This document shows, in pieces, positions 1 to 13,175 of a stretch of 64,000 nt of DNA; positions within the stretch are counted from its first letter, which is position 1, and every line of letters starts with the position of its first letter. Origin of the DNA: Camelus dromedarius (lineage: Eukaryota); NCBI RefSeq assembly GCF_036321535.1, contig NC_087472.1:91018001-91082000 (forward strand), given 5' to 3'. The notes beneath the pieces are model-generated. The model searched no databases. It was not told the origin of the DNA and saw only the letters and a list, made by a program, of their open reading frames with translations. A program made the translations under genes and the position numbers.

Positions 1-224
1 ACCAGTTTATCAGTCATTCTTGCAACTAAAAATGGTGCTGCCTAAACAAAGCAGTTAATTCAATTTGCAACGCAAACAATGCCACAAGGCCTTTTCCTGG
101 AGACAAGCATCATCCTTTAGTTTACTCCTTAACACCCATTTCATCACCCAGACCATCAAAAAGACGTGTTCAAGGATGAAAATTTAATCAAATTAATGAT
201 TTTTACTGCATATTCAAGGACATT

Positions 225-474
225 TTAGTGAAACTGGCTTTTTTTTTTTTACAATTGTGTGATGAAGAATATAATGATTATTAGTACAATTTGGTGTCAG
301 TGCCTTAATTTGTGATAAGAAATCAGTAGTTTTACCCACCTTTGCTTTTGTACCATCAATGCAATGGCAACACAAAGAAAAATGCAAATAAAGTCTTTGT
401 ATTATGATGATGTCCTCATGGGCCCCCTGAAAGTATCCTGGGGACTTCCGGAGACCACACTTTGAAAACCACTG
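225..474. mobile_element. hAT-Charlie-type DNA transposon remnant
   Basis: Ends in GACCACACTTTGAAAACCACTG (to 474), a typical Charlie/MER5-group terminus; left boundary uncertain. Confidence 0.5.
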
Positions 475-829
475 CTTTCACCTACAGGCAGGTAAAATTT
501 ATTTCAAAAAAACAAATAAAACAGGAAAAAAAATCAGGACAAAAATTAATTACGTGTATAAATTAACAGAGTATGAAAAAAGACTCAATCCCTTAAGTAA
601 AGAAATTCTACATTATCAGTGAGCTATGTAAGTTATGTATTTGTTATTTGAGTAATAACAAATGAAAGGACAATTAAGATTCTTATATGTTTTTCCTAAA
701 ACTGTTTTTCTTATTATGCAATATTCTGTCATCCTATCAAAATTTCAAGCATACACTATTAGGCTAGTTTGTTACATTTTTCTCCCTGCCCTGTCCCCAC
801 TCGACCCCAAGAGTTTTTTGAGATCCAGA

Positions 830-908
830 ACTAGATATTATTCATAATAGAAACCAATGCTTGGCACATAGTAGGTGTTCCATAACTGTTTGTTTTAGTG
901 AATGAAGG
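830..908 (+). mobile_element. L2 LINE 3' end
   Basis: TGCTTGGCACATAGTAGGTG...TGAATGAA matches the L2 3' terminus. Confidence 0.5.
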
Positions 909-2177
909 TATTTATTAATCAAGAAACAATATGTGATTTTTAAATTAAAACTGTATACAAGCTAGCTGAAATAAGAAACTACTGTATCATTTTCTTCAGA
1001 GGCAGATATATTTAAATAAATCACCTCAACACTTACCTGAACTGAGTTCTTAAAGTATGGCCAATTAAAGGGACTTTTAACCAACATACCTTGTAGCCAC
1101 AAAATTATTTAACCATTCCACTTTTTTCTATGCTTATTTCTGACTCCACTAAATATCAAAAGCAGAAAGTCTGCAATGCAGAAGTGAAGTATGGTGACCT
1201 GGGTATCCAAGTCTAGTTTCAGACTATCAGAATGATTTTTTGCCACCTTATAAGCACTAAGCTGAGTCTAAAACACCCACACATAAGTAAGCATGAATGC
1301 ACACAGGTGCACACACACCACAAAATATGGAGGAGAGGAAACAAAGCATATGAAGAATGCACTAGAAGATAATAGGTGTGTGTGCATGCATATGTGTGTG
1401 TTTGAGGCGTGTAGTATGGTTCTCAGTCGGTAATACCATCTATTCTAGATCTTTCTTTAATTTTCTTCAGCAATTTTAAGAAACGAGAATGGACAATAGA
1501 GGTCATTAGTCCAATCCTACCAATTTACAGATAAGAAAAAGTTGCCCAGTGAGCTGAAGTGTAACCCAGGGGACAATATATAAAAACAAAGGTGTGTTAT
1601 TTTGTTAATGTTTGGGGTTCCCTCCCAGTGTCCCCACCCTCGCACATTTTATACGTGAATGAAGATTCTGAAATTGTGTCTATTATGATCTGAAAAATAA
1701 TAGCATTGATTTTTCTAGATTTGCTTGGATTCGTTGTTAATGTTTGGCTGGGTGTTTATGAATAAAACCATCTCCTTGATCAAATCCCCATTTGCGTAAT
1801 TTTTGAAACCAATCATTTCAGGTTAAGATACAGATATGTAGCTTACATGACTGCAACTTCAAGAAGGTTTCTGAGGCACAGATAGCTGTTAAAAGAGAAA
1901 AGGTATTGTAGTGGAACTTCATCACATATTACTCATTTAAATTAATATGAATTAAACTATAGGCAGAAGAGATTAAACAGAGAAATAACAATCTAAATAT
2001 TACTTATTTAAATCTATTTATGTTTAAATAAATTACTGTTTAAATATTTAATTATCAGGTGATTACAACCATTATTTCGCTCATTGAGAACACTTTCTAG
2101 GAAGAAAGAGCATGAGGAATATGGCAGGAATCTGACATCTTTGCAGTTGATCTCTGGAGGTAGCAGATAACAGAGAA

Positions 2178-2715
2178 TCATTCATTTAGTGTTTCTTGAG
2201 GAATTAATATGGGCCAGTGCTGTTCTGGGTTCCAGAGATACAGCATTAAGCAAGGTAGGTAAGTTTATTTGAAAAATATTAAATAGCTCGTGCTGTCATA
2301 AAGCTTATGCTATATTGGAGAGAAACCATAATTTCTGAATTATGAATTCAGAGAATTTGAGAAATTTCTCATAGATATGAGTTATATGAAGAAGATAAGA
2401 GAAGTTAATGGGACAAAGAATAACTGATGGGACTAGTGAGGAATGGGATTTCTTTAGAAGCTTGGTCAGAAAGACCTCTTAGGCTAAGATACAAACGATG
2501 ACAATATAGCCACTTGAAAAAATATATGGAAAGAGCACTCTTAGCAGGAGAAACCAATAGAGTGAAGGCCTTGAGAAGGAATGTATATGGTTGGACAGTA
2601 ACCAAAAGAGAGAGTTGTACAGGATGAGGATGAAGAGGTCGGGTAAGGATCGATCATGAATGCTGTGTGGGAGTTAGGATTTTATTCTAAGTGCAATAGA
2701 AAGTCATTAGAGGCT
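2178..2715 (-). mobile_element. L2 LINE fragment, continues at about 5195-5430 after L1 insertions
   Basis: CATTCATT tail, then purine-rich L2 antisense motifs (GGATTTTATTCTAAGTGCAATAGAAAGTCATT). Confidence 0.55.
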
Positions 2716-2717
2716 TG

Positions 2718-3420
2718 CTTTATTTTTAACTTTTATTTTGAAATAATTTTAGATGTACAAAGGAGCTGTAAAGATAGCAGAGAGTTCCTGTGTACCCTTC
2801 ACCCAGATTCCTAAGGTTAACAGCTACATAACCACAGTACAATTATCAAAAGTCAGAAATTAACACTGCCGCAATACTGTTAACTAAACCACAGATATTA
2901 TTCCGACTTCACCCATTTTGGAACTAATATCCTTTTTCAATTCCAGAATCTAATCCAGGATTCTACACTGCATTTAGCTATCATGTCACGTCTCCTTATT
3001 CTTCTCCATTCTGCAACAGTTCCTCGGGCTTTCTTTGTCTTATATGACCTTGACACTTTTGAAGAAACTGGTAAGGTATTTTGGATTGGGTTTGTCTGAA
3101 GTTTCCTCACAATTCGATTGAGGTGATAGATTTTTGAGACAAATGACACAAAGGTGAATTCCCCTTCCCATTGCGTTACATCAGGCAGTACATGATATCA
3201 GTGTGTCTTATTTCTGGTGATGTTAATCATGATTACTTGATTAAAGTGGTGTCTGCCACGTTTCTCTCCACTGTAAAGTTACTTTTTCCTCCCTTTACAC
3301 CCTCTATTCATCAAAAACAAGTCACTAATACCAGGTAACTCAAGGAGAGAGGAAATAAGCTCCACTTCTTGGAGTATCAAAGACATTGTGGACATATTGA
3401 AAGCAAGACAGTAATTAACA
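2718..3420 (-). mobile_element. Old L1 (L1MC/MD-like) 3' UTR
   Basis: TTTTATTTTGAAATAATTTTAGA...CCCTTCACCCAG is a characteristic antisense L1M 3' end. Confidence 0.65.
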
Positions 3421-3549
3421 ATTTCTTTTGGAGAGAAATTTTTAGTCTGTGCAAATACTCCATTTTTGCTTAAAGTGAAGTTGCATTATATTATTTAGTG
3501 GTAGAATTAGATTATTTTTAAATGTATAAAATAGTGTGTGTGTGCATGT

Positions 3550-5180
3550 GTGATTTATCCTGCTTGGTGTTCTCTGGATCTGTGGTTCTTGAATCTGTGG
3601 TTTGGTGTTTGTCATTAAACTTGGAAAATTTTAGGCCATTATTTCTTCAAATAGTTCATTTGCCCTATTCTTTCTCTATTCTTCTAGAATTCTAGTTGCA
3701 CCTATGTTAGTCCATTTGATATTGTCACACTGCTCTCATGCTCTGTTCTGGGTTTTTTCCTTCTTTTTCTTTGTGCTTTGGTTTGGGTGGTTTCTATTGA
3801 CCTATCTTCAAGTCCAGTGATTCTTTCCTTAGCTGTATTGAGTCTACTGATAAGCCCATTGAGGATGTTCTTCATTTCTGTTACTGTGGTTTTTATTTCT
3901 ACCATTTCCATTTGTTTCTTTCTTAACAATTTTCATCTCTCTGTTGGAATGTTGCCTACCTTTTCCATTACAGCCTTTACCATATTACTCATCATAATTT
4001 TAAATTCCCCATCTGATTTTTTCATGATATGTCATATGTGAGTCTAGTTCTGATGATTCCTTTGTCTCTTGGGAGTGTGTTTACTCTTGCTCTTTTATAT
4101 GCTTCATATTTTTTGCGGAAAGCCAGATACCTCGTGTAGGATAGTAAATACTGAGGTACATCTTTTTATGCTTGATGAGCATGCCTTCCCTTCTGCTAGG
4201 ACTTTAGCATGGACATTTGTGTTAACCTGGTCAGGATATAAGATTTGTCATTGTTATGGTTACCCTTAAAACACAACAGTCTTCAAGTGATATCTTCTAT
4301 TTAGGATGTGCTGGTTTGCCAGAGTTACTTTCTCAATGTCTCCTCCTCATTTGGCCTTGATTTTCCATTTGTGCTGCATCACAGAGGGTGTGTATCTTTT
4401 GAAGCTCCCCCAGCTCTATGCCACTGTTTCTTTACTTGATGCTTGTTGACCTGTGGTGAGGGTCAGGAGAAAAGAGCATCTTCTGATGACCTGATTAAGC
4501 CTCAGTCCTGGGCTGGTGCTGTGTCTCTGACTCTCAGGGACACGACCTTCCCTAGTGCTCTGGATTTACCAGCTGTACTTTTGGCCCACTACATATTCTT
4601 GCCTTTCCTTCAGAAATAGAGCTTTTTGTCTTCTATCTTCCCCAACTACAATGGATTTTCACTAGTGCCCTAAGATAACGTGTTTGTTGCTCTCCCCCCT
4701 ATAAATGTAGGCTTTTGTTCCATAGGGGCAGTAGGAAAGATCGGTTGAGCAGAGTTTCAGCAGTGGCTACTTCCCCCCACACCCCAGCAGCCAGCAGCAT
4801 GATGGAGCTTTATCAGGATTCTCCTTGGTCTTCTATACGAATGCATGATGGGGTTTGTGGAGGAAAATCCTACAAGAAGATGAAGTCTTTAAATTGGCCC
4901 ATGTTTGGCCGTGAGCCATTCATGAAAAACAGTTGGCTTCAGCCAACTCTTTCCAGCTTATACAGAATCCAGCAGAATCTGCCCAATATAAGCAAATGCT
5001 CAGATCCTACATCTCCCTGCAGGAACCCGGCTTTCCTCAGGTTTTGTGTTATATCATGGCCGCATAACCTCAGTTCTCTGATGTATTCCAGAAAAGTCAT
5101 TAATTTGCAACTTGTCCAGATCTTCCTTATTCTATGAATAGGAGCGACTCTCATTCTAGCTCCCTACATCTCTAAGCTAA
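3550..5180 (-). mobile_element. Old L1 5' region with ORF1 coiled-coil remnant
   Basis: Minus ORF 3702-3929 (EIKTTVTEMKNILNGLISRLNTAKERITGLEDRSIE) resembles the L1 ORF1p coiled coil; L1M 5'UTR-like sequence lies upstream. Confidence 0.75.
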
Positions 5181-5194
5181 AACCAGAAATCCTT

Positions 5195-5430
5195 ATTGAA
5201 GGGGTTTAAACAGTTTAGTAATGTGACTGAAATTAAATTATGGCTCTTATATAGAGAATGGATTACAGAGGTCTGGGGAGAGGTCAATGGAAATGTAGAG
5301 AAACCAGATAGAAAGCTGCTGCATTTGTTCAAATAAAACATGTTGGCAGCATGGCTTGGCTGCTTACAGTAGAAATGGGAAGGGGTAGATATTTCGGGAC
5401 ATGTTCTTGACACGTAGTGGAAAAGATGTG
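5195..5430 (-). mobile_element. L2 fragment, continuation of 2178-2715
   Basis: TTGAAGGGGTTTAAACAG...GAAACCAGATAGAAAGCTGCTGCA are L2 antisense motifs. Confidence 0.45.
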
Positions 5431-5441
5431 GTAATGTGGGA

Positions 5442-5765
5442 TGTATTAATCAGGATCTAGTTAACAGACAAAAACCACACCAGTAATGTGAACAGGGAAA
5501 TTTTAACATAAATAAGATTAACTAGTAACAGGGGCCTAACTACTAAGAGGAGTGAAGCTAACTCTACAAGAATGGCAGATAAAGGAAGTAGCCACTATCT
5601 GTAGGGCTTTGGGAGAACAGCCGAAGAAGGACAGTTTTAGAGGATGGCACCAATTCAGAGATTCAGACCTTGTTGAAGGGGATTTGGCTATAGCCTACTG
5701 GGTGGCCAAGAAGTTTGCTGAGGTGCCCCAGACTTAGGATGGCAAGCAATAAACCAGGGTGCCAG
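5442..5765. mobile_element. Ancient LTR remnant, family unassigned
   Basis: Starts TGTATTAATCAGG...AAACCACACCAG...AGGGAAATTTTAAC, similar to the element at 29278. Confidence 0.4.
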
Positions 5766-5791
5766 AGAAGCTCACTAGAAATGTGGTGGCA

Positions 5792-5941
5792 GGGGGGAGG
5801 GTATAGCTCAAGTGATGGAGTGCATGCTTAGCATACACAAGGTCCAGGGTTCAATCCCCAGTACCACCTTTAAAAATAAGATAAATAAGTAAACCTAATT
5901 ACCTCCCCCCAAAAATAAAATAAAATTTTTAATTAAAAAAA
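5792..5941 (+). mobile_element. Camelid tRNA-derived SINE (Vic-1 type)
   Basis: GGGGAGGGTATAGCTCAAGTG (A box), GGGTTCAATCCCC (B box), A-rich tail; TSD AGAAATGTGGTGGCA (5777-5791) / AGAAATTTGGTGGCA (5942-5956). Confidence 0.9.
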
Positions 5942-6580
5942 AGAAATTTGGTGGCAAATTCTAGGTGAATATAACTACCCTTTGACCCAGCAATTCCATT
6001 CCAAGAATTTTCTCAAAGGAAGTGAAAACATATGTCTGTAAAGAGGCATGGAAGAACTTTCTGGGATGATGGAAATGTTCTCTCTTTTGATCATGGTGGG
6101 GATTACATGTGTGTATACATTTGTCAAAATTCATTCAACTTTACAGTCAAAATTGGTGTTTGAGAATATAAGAAGAGAGAAGAAAGTGTGAAATAGTTGT
6201 CCGGATTTGGAAAGTGAATTTACAAGAGAAATAAAACAGAATTAGCCAGCAGTACTGAAAGCCTATTAGAGATGTGTGGTAACAAACTTCAATTGAGAGT
6301 CCCCAACAGAGGCTGTGTAATTTTCTCCAGCAAATTTCAGCTTCTTCATCACTGATGAGAAGTAGAAGAAGAATTGGCTGTAACCAGCATTAGAATTTTG
6401 CTAGGGGAGCATGATGAGGGGGAGAGGGACGAGGGGCTAGGAGTGTTTGAAAGAGAGAAGTGATTTTAGTGATGATCCAAAGGATTATAAGCTGATTATT
6501 TAAAGACACAGAATGTGGTTTTACATAACATGACCCCAAATACAAGCCAATTATTTCATCCAGTGCTCAAAACAAAATTA

Positions 6581-7190
6581 GCATATCTGGATGGAACTTT
6601 AATTCAAAAAGATACATGCACCCCAATGTTCATAGCAGCACTATATACAATAGCAAAGACAAAGAGGCAACCTAAATGTCCATCAACAGATGACTGGACA
6701 AAGAAGTTGTGGTGTATTTATACAATGGAATACTACTCAGCCATATAAAAAGAATAAAATAATGCCATTTGCAGCAACATGGATGCTCCTGGAGAATGTC
6801 ATTCTAAGTGAAGTAAGCCAGAAAGAGAAAGAAAAATATATGATATCACTCATATGTGGAATCTAAAAAAAAAAGAATACTATGAACTCATTTACAAAAC
6901 AGAAATAGACTCGCAGACATAGTAAACAATCTTATGGTTACCAGAGAAAGGGAGTGGGAAGGGATAAATTGGGGATTTTGAGATTTACAAATGTTAGCCA
7001 CTGTATATAAAAATAGATGTTTTAAAAAGTTTCTTCTGTATAGCAAAGGGAACTATGTTCAATATCTTGTAATAACCTTTAATGAAAAAGAATATATGTA
7101 TGTATATGCATGACTAGGATGGACATTGTGCTGTACACCAGAAATTGACACATTGTAACTGACTGTACATCAATAAAAAAAAAAAGAAAG
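6581..7190 (+). mobile_element. 5'-truncated lineage-specific L1 (ORF2 C-terminus, 3'UTR, poly-A)
   Basis: ORF track peptide KDTCTPMFIAALYTIAK...PKCPSTDDW..KLWCIYTMEYYSAI is the L1 ORF2p C-terminus; AATAAA and A tail at about 7172-7190. Confidence 0.9.
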
Positions 7191-7361
7191 AAAACTAGCC
7201 ATCTTTTCCAGAGATAGAGGGGGGAAATGTTTGCTTTGATTATCAATGGTAACTGCCTGAGGGATTTTCAATGGTAATTTTGAGTGTACATGATTTTTTC
7301 CTTACACATTAACTAGAAAACCCAACCTCAGGGAAATACGTGACTCCACTGTATACCACGA

Positions 7362-7848
7362 GTGCATCAGTTACCTATTGCTTCAAAACCAACTGCCATA
7401 AAACTTAGTGACTTAAAACAACAACCATTTTATTTGCTCATGATTCTGTCAATCAGCAGTGGGGGCCGAGTTCAGCTATGTGGTTCTTCTGCTGGTCTTG
7501 CCTTATGCAGTTTCAGTTTTTGGTGGCTCAAATGGGACTGAGTGGTCTAAAATGATCTCATTCACGGGTCTGGCAGTTGGTGTTGCCTGTTGGCTGGGCC
7601 ATCTGTCTCTAGCTGATTGGCCTGGGCTTGCTCACATGGAAATTGGATTTTTAAAGCAGCAAAAGAGAAGGCAAGCCCCAAGGCACAAGCACTTTGCTAG
7701 CATCTGCTTGTGTCACATTTACTAATGTCCCATTGGCCAAAGAAAGTCACATGACCAAGCTTAGTGCCAGTGAGGTAGGCAGGAAAACCACACAAGGGCA
7801 GACAGGGATATGTGGTGCATGGAGGGCCATTAATCTAACCATTAACAA
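7362..7848 (-). mobile_element. MaLR (MLT1) LTR
   Basis: CAGTTACCTATTGCT...AAAACTTAGTGACTTAAAACAACAACCATTTTATTTGCTCATGATTCTG and CCATTGGCCAAAGAAAGTCACATG are MLT1 motifs. Confidence 0.75.
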
Positions 7849-9280
7849 CAAGGAGATCAGGAGCAGTGCTCTCTTCCTGCAACCAGTAAATAACAGCAAT
7901 AACTAAACAGAAAAGTAAACCACTTATTCTCCTGGAAAAAATAACAATCATTTTCCTTAGAATATTCTAACCTGGTCTAGGATGTCAGCAATTTTTCCTC
8001 AACATCACAAAATTCTAAAGACAATCAAATTGAAAAATACATGTGTCATAGAACATTTCCGGAAAAGAGAGGTCGTACAATTAGATGATGACAGTGTTTA
8101 GCGGCTTCAAAAACTTGTTAACTTGGCCTTTATGCTTTGAATGAGTATATTTGTAGATGGGAGATTGAACCATATGACCTTTAATGTTCTTTCCCAGTAC
8201 TGATATTTTTATGATAAACCATTTAGCAATCAGTCTATTACAGCTCATTCTAGCTTGGCTGAGAAAATGCCCTTTTTCTTACAAGCACTTCCACATACGC
8301 CTCTGCATAAAGCAGAGCTCTAAGACAAATGACAGTTCTGTTTCATAATATTTGCCTCCTGACAGAAGAGGACCAGCTCTTGAGTTATTGCCTCATTAGT
8401 GCAAATAAGAATCATTGACAACTCCCAGAATTATGGGAATGAAAATACTGAAACTGTGGTTTATCAGAGCTCTTTTTGACTTTTATTTTTCTTTGAACAC
8501 CAGAAACTTGGATTTCTCTACCCCTGTCCTGAGATGAGTGGAAACGTTGAAGGCTGGAAGTTGAAAGAAATTTCTGCATGGCCAAAGAAGAAAAAAAGAA
8601 GTACTCATTATCATGTTTCATGATGATTAGAAGGGACACTCTAAATAATAAATAATTTTCATTGTTCTCTAAAGAATTCCCTCTTATGGTTAAAATTCCT
8701 ATTTCACATAATTTCATTAAAAGAGAGCTTTGCTGACCCAGAATTAGATCCCTAAGTTTTTTATTTGCTCTGCTGGCACAGCAAAGCTTATGGGCAATTT
8801 GTAATTGCCTGAGTGCCCAAAGGTTAGGGATCAATCACTCAGACTGCCAGTCATGCCAACTTGCAAGCCTGGGAATACTCAGAGAGGCTCGGGATCTTTT
8901 TCACTAAAGCAAAATGGCTTATTGTTAGATTTGGAGGGAAAACAGAGTGAAAGGAAAATGCTATTGAGCGTACTTAGTGAGAAACATCATTTATATCTGA
9001 CAGTAGCACATTTTTAATAATGAGGCCAGCAGGGAGAAGACAGAGAGCAGGAAAGACCTTACAAGGAGAGCTCTGCTTAGCGAGCCAGCTCAGCTGGTGT
9101 GAAGTGGACCCAAAAGTCCATAGGGTGAAAACAATATTATATTTTTAAAATGCAGCGTGCAGCATTTCCGTGTATTTTTAGGGGAAAAAAATGTTTGGGG
9201 TCAACCCCATCCACTGACTTCATCCCATCTCAACTTATTTATTCTTGCCAGCCAAAATGTCTTGGTTATACACATCTGAA

Positions 9281-9464
9281 ATTTTTTTTAATTGAAGTAC
9301 AGTCAGTTACAATGTGTCAATTTCTGGTGTACAGCATTATGTCCCAGTCACGCATATACATACATATATTCATTTTCATATTCTTTTTCATTAAAGGTTA
9401 TTACAAGATATTGAATATAGTTCCCTGTGCTATAGAGAAGAAATTTGTTTTTTATCTATTTTTA
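9281..9464 (-). mobile_element. Short L1 3' end, same subfamily as 6581-7190
   Basis: Reverse complement of about 7000-7175; flanked by TGAAAT(T/C)TTTTTTAA direct repeats. Confidence 0.85.
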
Positions 9465-9560
9465 TGAAATCTTTTTTAACTGAGTTTATTTTTTTTCAAT
9501 TGTTCATATACTCGACATCATCCTTTAATAAAATGAAATTTCACTTTTGCCAGAAGTTAG

Positions 9561-9643
9561 TATTAGGTTGAATCATGTAGAATTATCAATATCCTACTAT
9601 TTTTGACTCTGAAAGAGCAACTTCATATTGCTTTGCTTCATAT
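9561..9643. mobile_element. MER53-like palindromic DNA transposon remnant
   Basis: ATTAGGTTGAATCATGTAGAATT...TTCATAT resembles the MER53 terminal inverted repeats. Confidence 0.45.
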
Positions 9644-9699
9644 AGTACCTACAAGTGGTTAGTATATGATAGATTTGGCGTTTTATATTTGTGAGAATA

Positions 9700-10590
9700 G
9701 TATGGATTATTTAACAGATGGTCCTGCAACTATTAGATAAGCATTTAGGAAAAAGTAAAGTAGGAGCCCTACATCAATCCATAGACAAAAGTTAATTTCT
9801 GATACCACTGTTTATTTAAATGTTAAAATTATAGAAAATTAAGAGAATTTTAGTGAATATTTACATAATTTGGGAGGGCACAGAAAGCATTTATCCAAAA
9901 AGCATAGATAAGGCCATAGTAAATTAAATAAGATTTTAGGTGTCAAAACATTAATACATATCTTTTTAAAACTCTGCAAATAAAATTAAAGAAACTTTAA
10001 AACTAGGGGAAATATCTGCAACATATATGACAGAGAAGAAGCTGAGACCCTTAAGATCTTGTCTATCAACAGGAAAGAGATATACACTCCAATTAAAAAT
10101 GAACAGTTTCCAAAAGGAGACATAAAATCCGAGTAAACCTCACAATCAAAACTAGGGCAAATGAAACATTATTGAGATACCAAGTGTCACCTTTCAAATT
10201 AATAAAGTAAAAAGATTGACAACACAAGCAATGGTAAAAATATAAGAGAATAAACATTCTCATACATGGCTGGAGAGGTGCGGCTAAGTTCACGCTCTCT
10301 AATGGGCAGTTGGTAATTTGCATCAAAAATTTTAAAACTCTGCATATCTTCAGAGCCCACAGTTCTACCCTTTGCAGGTTATCTTAAGGATAAACTCACA
10401 AATGTGTCCAAAGTTACATGTGGAAATACTTCATCCTAGTGAAAATTTGGAAACTAACTAAATGTCCTAAAATAATGCAATTGTTCAAAAATCACAACAC
10501 ATACAAAGGAAAATACTCTTCCAGGGATAAAACCACATCATAAAAATATTTCTAGCCATGAGGAAAATATGCTACTAATATGAAAAGAAA
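9700..10590 (+). mobile_element. Highly diverged L1ME-type ORF2 3' region
   Basis: Degenerate L1 motifs (ATATCTGCAACATATATGACAG, ACATTCTCATACATGGCTGG, CTAAATGTCC). Confidence 0.55.
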
Positions 10591-10919
10591 AAGATCAGGC
10601 TTTAAGTCGATAATGTGCACAGTATAACCAGGGCTAGGGGCAGGTTCACACCGTGATTCGAACTTGGTGCCTTATTTCCTGGTCTTGGCCTATCATCACC
10701 TGATACCCACAAGGTACTGAGATGTGTGATGCTGATGTCATTACCTACACAGAATATAATGATATCCCAATTTAGTCTCCTTCTCCAGAGCAGGGAGTGG
10801 ATCATCTAGAATCACTTTGACATAGTTCTAGGTTGTCATGGCAGTGGCAGTATACAGAAAGATGAGAGAAATCCCATTTGTGGGCTGGGTGAAACCTGGC
10901 TTCCATAAACACTGATAGT

Positions 10920-11220
10920 AGTAATAGCTTATTTACTATCCCAGGCCCCCCCCATCCCTGTCTTACCCCGGCACTCCTTACTCCCTACCCTGCTTTGTTT
11001 TACTTCTCCATATACACCACCTTCTAATACTTTCTATAATTTACATTAGTTATAATTTTTATTATCTGTCTCCCCCTACTGGTATGAAGGCAGAGTTGTG
11101 CAGTGGGTTTTTTGGGATTTTTTTCTGTTTTTTTCACCACTGTGTATGCTCGGTACCTAAAACAGTACCCGGTATACAGCAAGACCTGAATAAATATGAA
11201 TCACACCAGTGAATGAATGG
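10920..11220 (+). mobile_element. L2 3' end
   Basis: TTATCTGTCTCCCC...ACAGTACCCGGTATACAGCA...AATAAATAT...TGAATGAATG. Confidence 0.65.
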
Positions 11221-12519
11221 AAGCTCAGATTTGCTATCTACATACCATGCATCAGGGACCTGAATTCAACTAGCTAAGGACAGCTTTTAGGAGAAAAGAC
11301 ATTACAAACATGATGGGTATTGATGAAGGAAGCAGCGGCGACCCCCCTCTTTGCCTTGCTCGTGGTTGTGAGGATGGTGTTGGGTAAGACTTGATTAGTG
11401 ATGAGTGAGCCAGATGTCCCTTTCAATGGAAACTTGGGGAGCTGCCTCCGCTCCCCACTAATTGTTCCTGTGAGACACCACCCCCTGAATCCACAGTGAG
11501 GACCCCAAAGTGAGAAGGCAGGGAACACCCCTCTCATTCATTCTTCTCTGGGTTTAAAGCTGATGAGCTGTTCTTCAATAATCCAGAGTTCTGCATCAGG
11601 GAGCAGAGGAGTGTGTGACAACACAATGCCATGAAATTATGCCTCAATAAGGAGAATAATGGCATTATTGAGCAGATATTCATAACAACGGTCATTTCTA
11701 AGGGATTTCTTTACATCCACATTTTTGCCTTCACGACTTAGACTCTTACTTTCTATATTCAAAGTCATCATTCTCAGAAGGACTGTCCTTTCACCCAAGA
11801 AAGACTAGTTCTTTGAATCATACTTCATAACAATGTTCATGATATTTCCTGTTGAGCAACATCGGCTTTGAGCTTGTTTAGGAAGAAGTGAAGTTTAAGA
11901 ATATATGTCCTGTCCTTCTTTCCCTCTCCCCATGTTATCTGTCATAGCTACTGGCTTTTGCCTCTTTGCTGATCATTAGCTCGAATGTGCCGGCAGTGAA
12001 GAAAGCCTTCATTTTATGCTTTAACAAAAGAAAAGCAAAAAAGATGTCTCCTCCCGCGAGTACAAAACAGCCAGGTTTCACATCATGAAGAGGAATTTCA
12101 AAATTACTGCCAGTTCCTGACATGCAGATAATTCTTTCAGAATTGCAGTTTTTCCAGTCCAAATTATATTTGAAAAACTACCAGCTCCCTAGAATAAACT
12201 CTATGCAATGTCCTGCTCAGACCACCCCTGCAGTAACGGGAAGAACACTGCTTCATATTTCTCCCTTGAAAGGCAATGCGGTCCAGTTGATAAGAGATCA
12301 GAGCCAACACTGGAAAAACCTGAATGTATCTATGATTCTAATTCTTAGGTGCTGATTTTGTTTACCTCTCTTTGCCTTTCTTCTCCCTTCCCTTCTGCTC
12401 CTCTCCTCTTCCTCGTTTGTCTTTCTCTTCTCTCTCCCTCCTCAACCTCTCTCTCTCTCTCTCTCTCCCTCTCCCTCCCTCCTACAATGAAATCTCTGTT
12501 ATATTATATTAGCACCTAC

Positions 12520-13175
12520 AATACCAAGTGATGACAAGGATGTGGAGGAACTGGTCCTCTCATACATTGATGATGGAAGTACAAAATAGCACAACCACTT
12601 TAGGGAAAATTTTGGCAGTTTCTTATAAAGTTAAAACATGCATCTGAAGAATGACCCAGCCACTCTGTTCCTAGGTGTTTACCGAAGGGAAATGAAAACA
12701 TGTGTCCACAAAAAGACTTGTATAAGATGCCAGAGCAGTTTTACTCATAATATCCCCAAACTAGAAACTACACAAATGTCCAACCACAAATGAATGGGTA
12801 CACAGAGTGTGGTGTGTTCGTACGATGGATTACCATTCAGCACTAACCTGGATGAATCTCACCAACATTATGTTGAGTGAAAAGGTAGACACAAAGGAAC
12901 ACCAACTATATAGTTTTCATTTACATAGTTGTAGAAATAAAACTAATCTATGGTGATAGAAATAACATCAATAGTTCCTGGGGGTAACAGGTATGACACT
13001 GAGGAAAGGGGATTGCCTTAAAGAGGAATAAAGAAACTTTCTGGTGAAGTGGAAATGTTTCACATCTTTTATTGGTGTGGTAGTTTTGGGGCTGTTTATT
13101 TTGTCAAAATTCATCAGACTATATACTTAATATCCAAACATCATATCATGTGTAAATTATCGTAATAAAGTTGAC
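12520..13175 (+). mobile_element. Old L1 (L1MC/ME) 3' part
   Basis: CAAGGATGTGGAGGAACTGG...GAAATGAAAACATGTGTCCACAAAAAGAC...TGTCAAAATTCATC. Confidence 0.75.

Noticed and set aside
4715..5137. 140-aa plus-strand ORF
   Set aside because: Lies antisense within an old L1 5' region.
5792..5870. tRNA gene (also at 25511, 30080 and 39919)
   Set aside because: Followed by a SINE tail and flanked by TSDs, with diverged stems; these are SINE heads.
8412..8834. 140-aa minus-strand ORF in unique DNA
   Set aside because: Non-ATG start, no recognisable domain and no supporting splice structure; compatible with chance.
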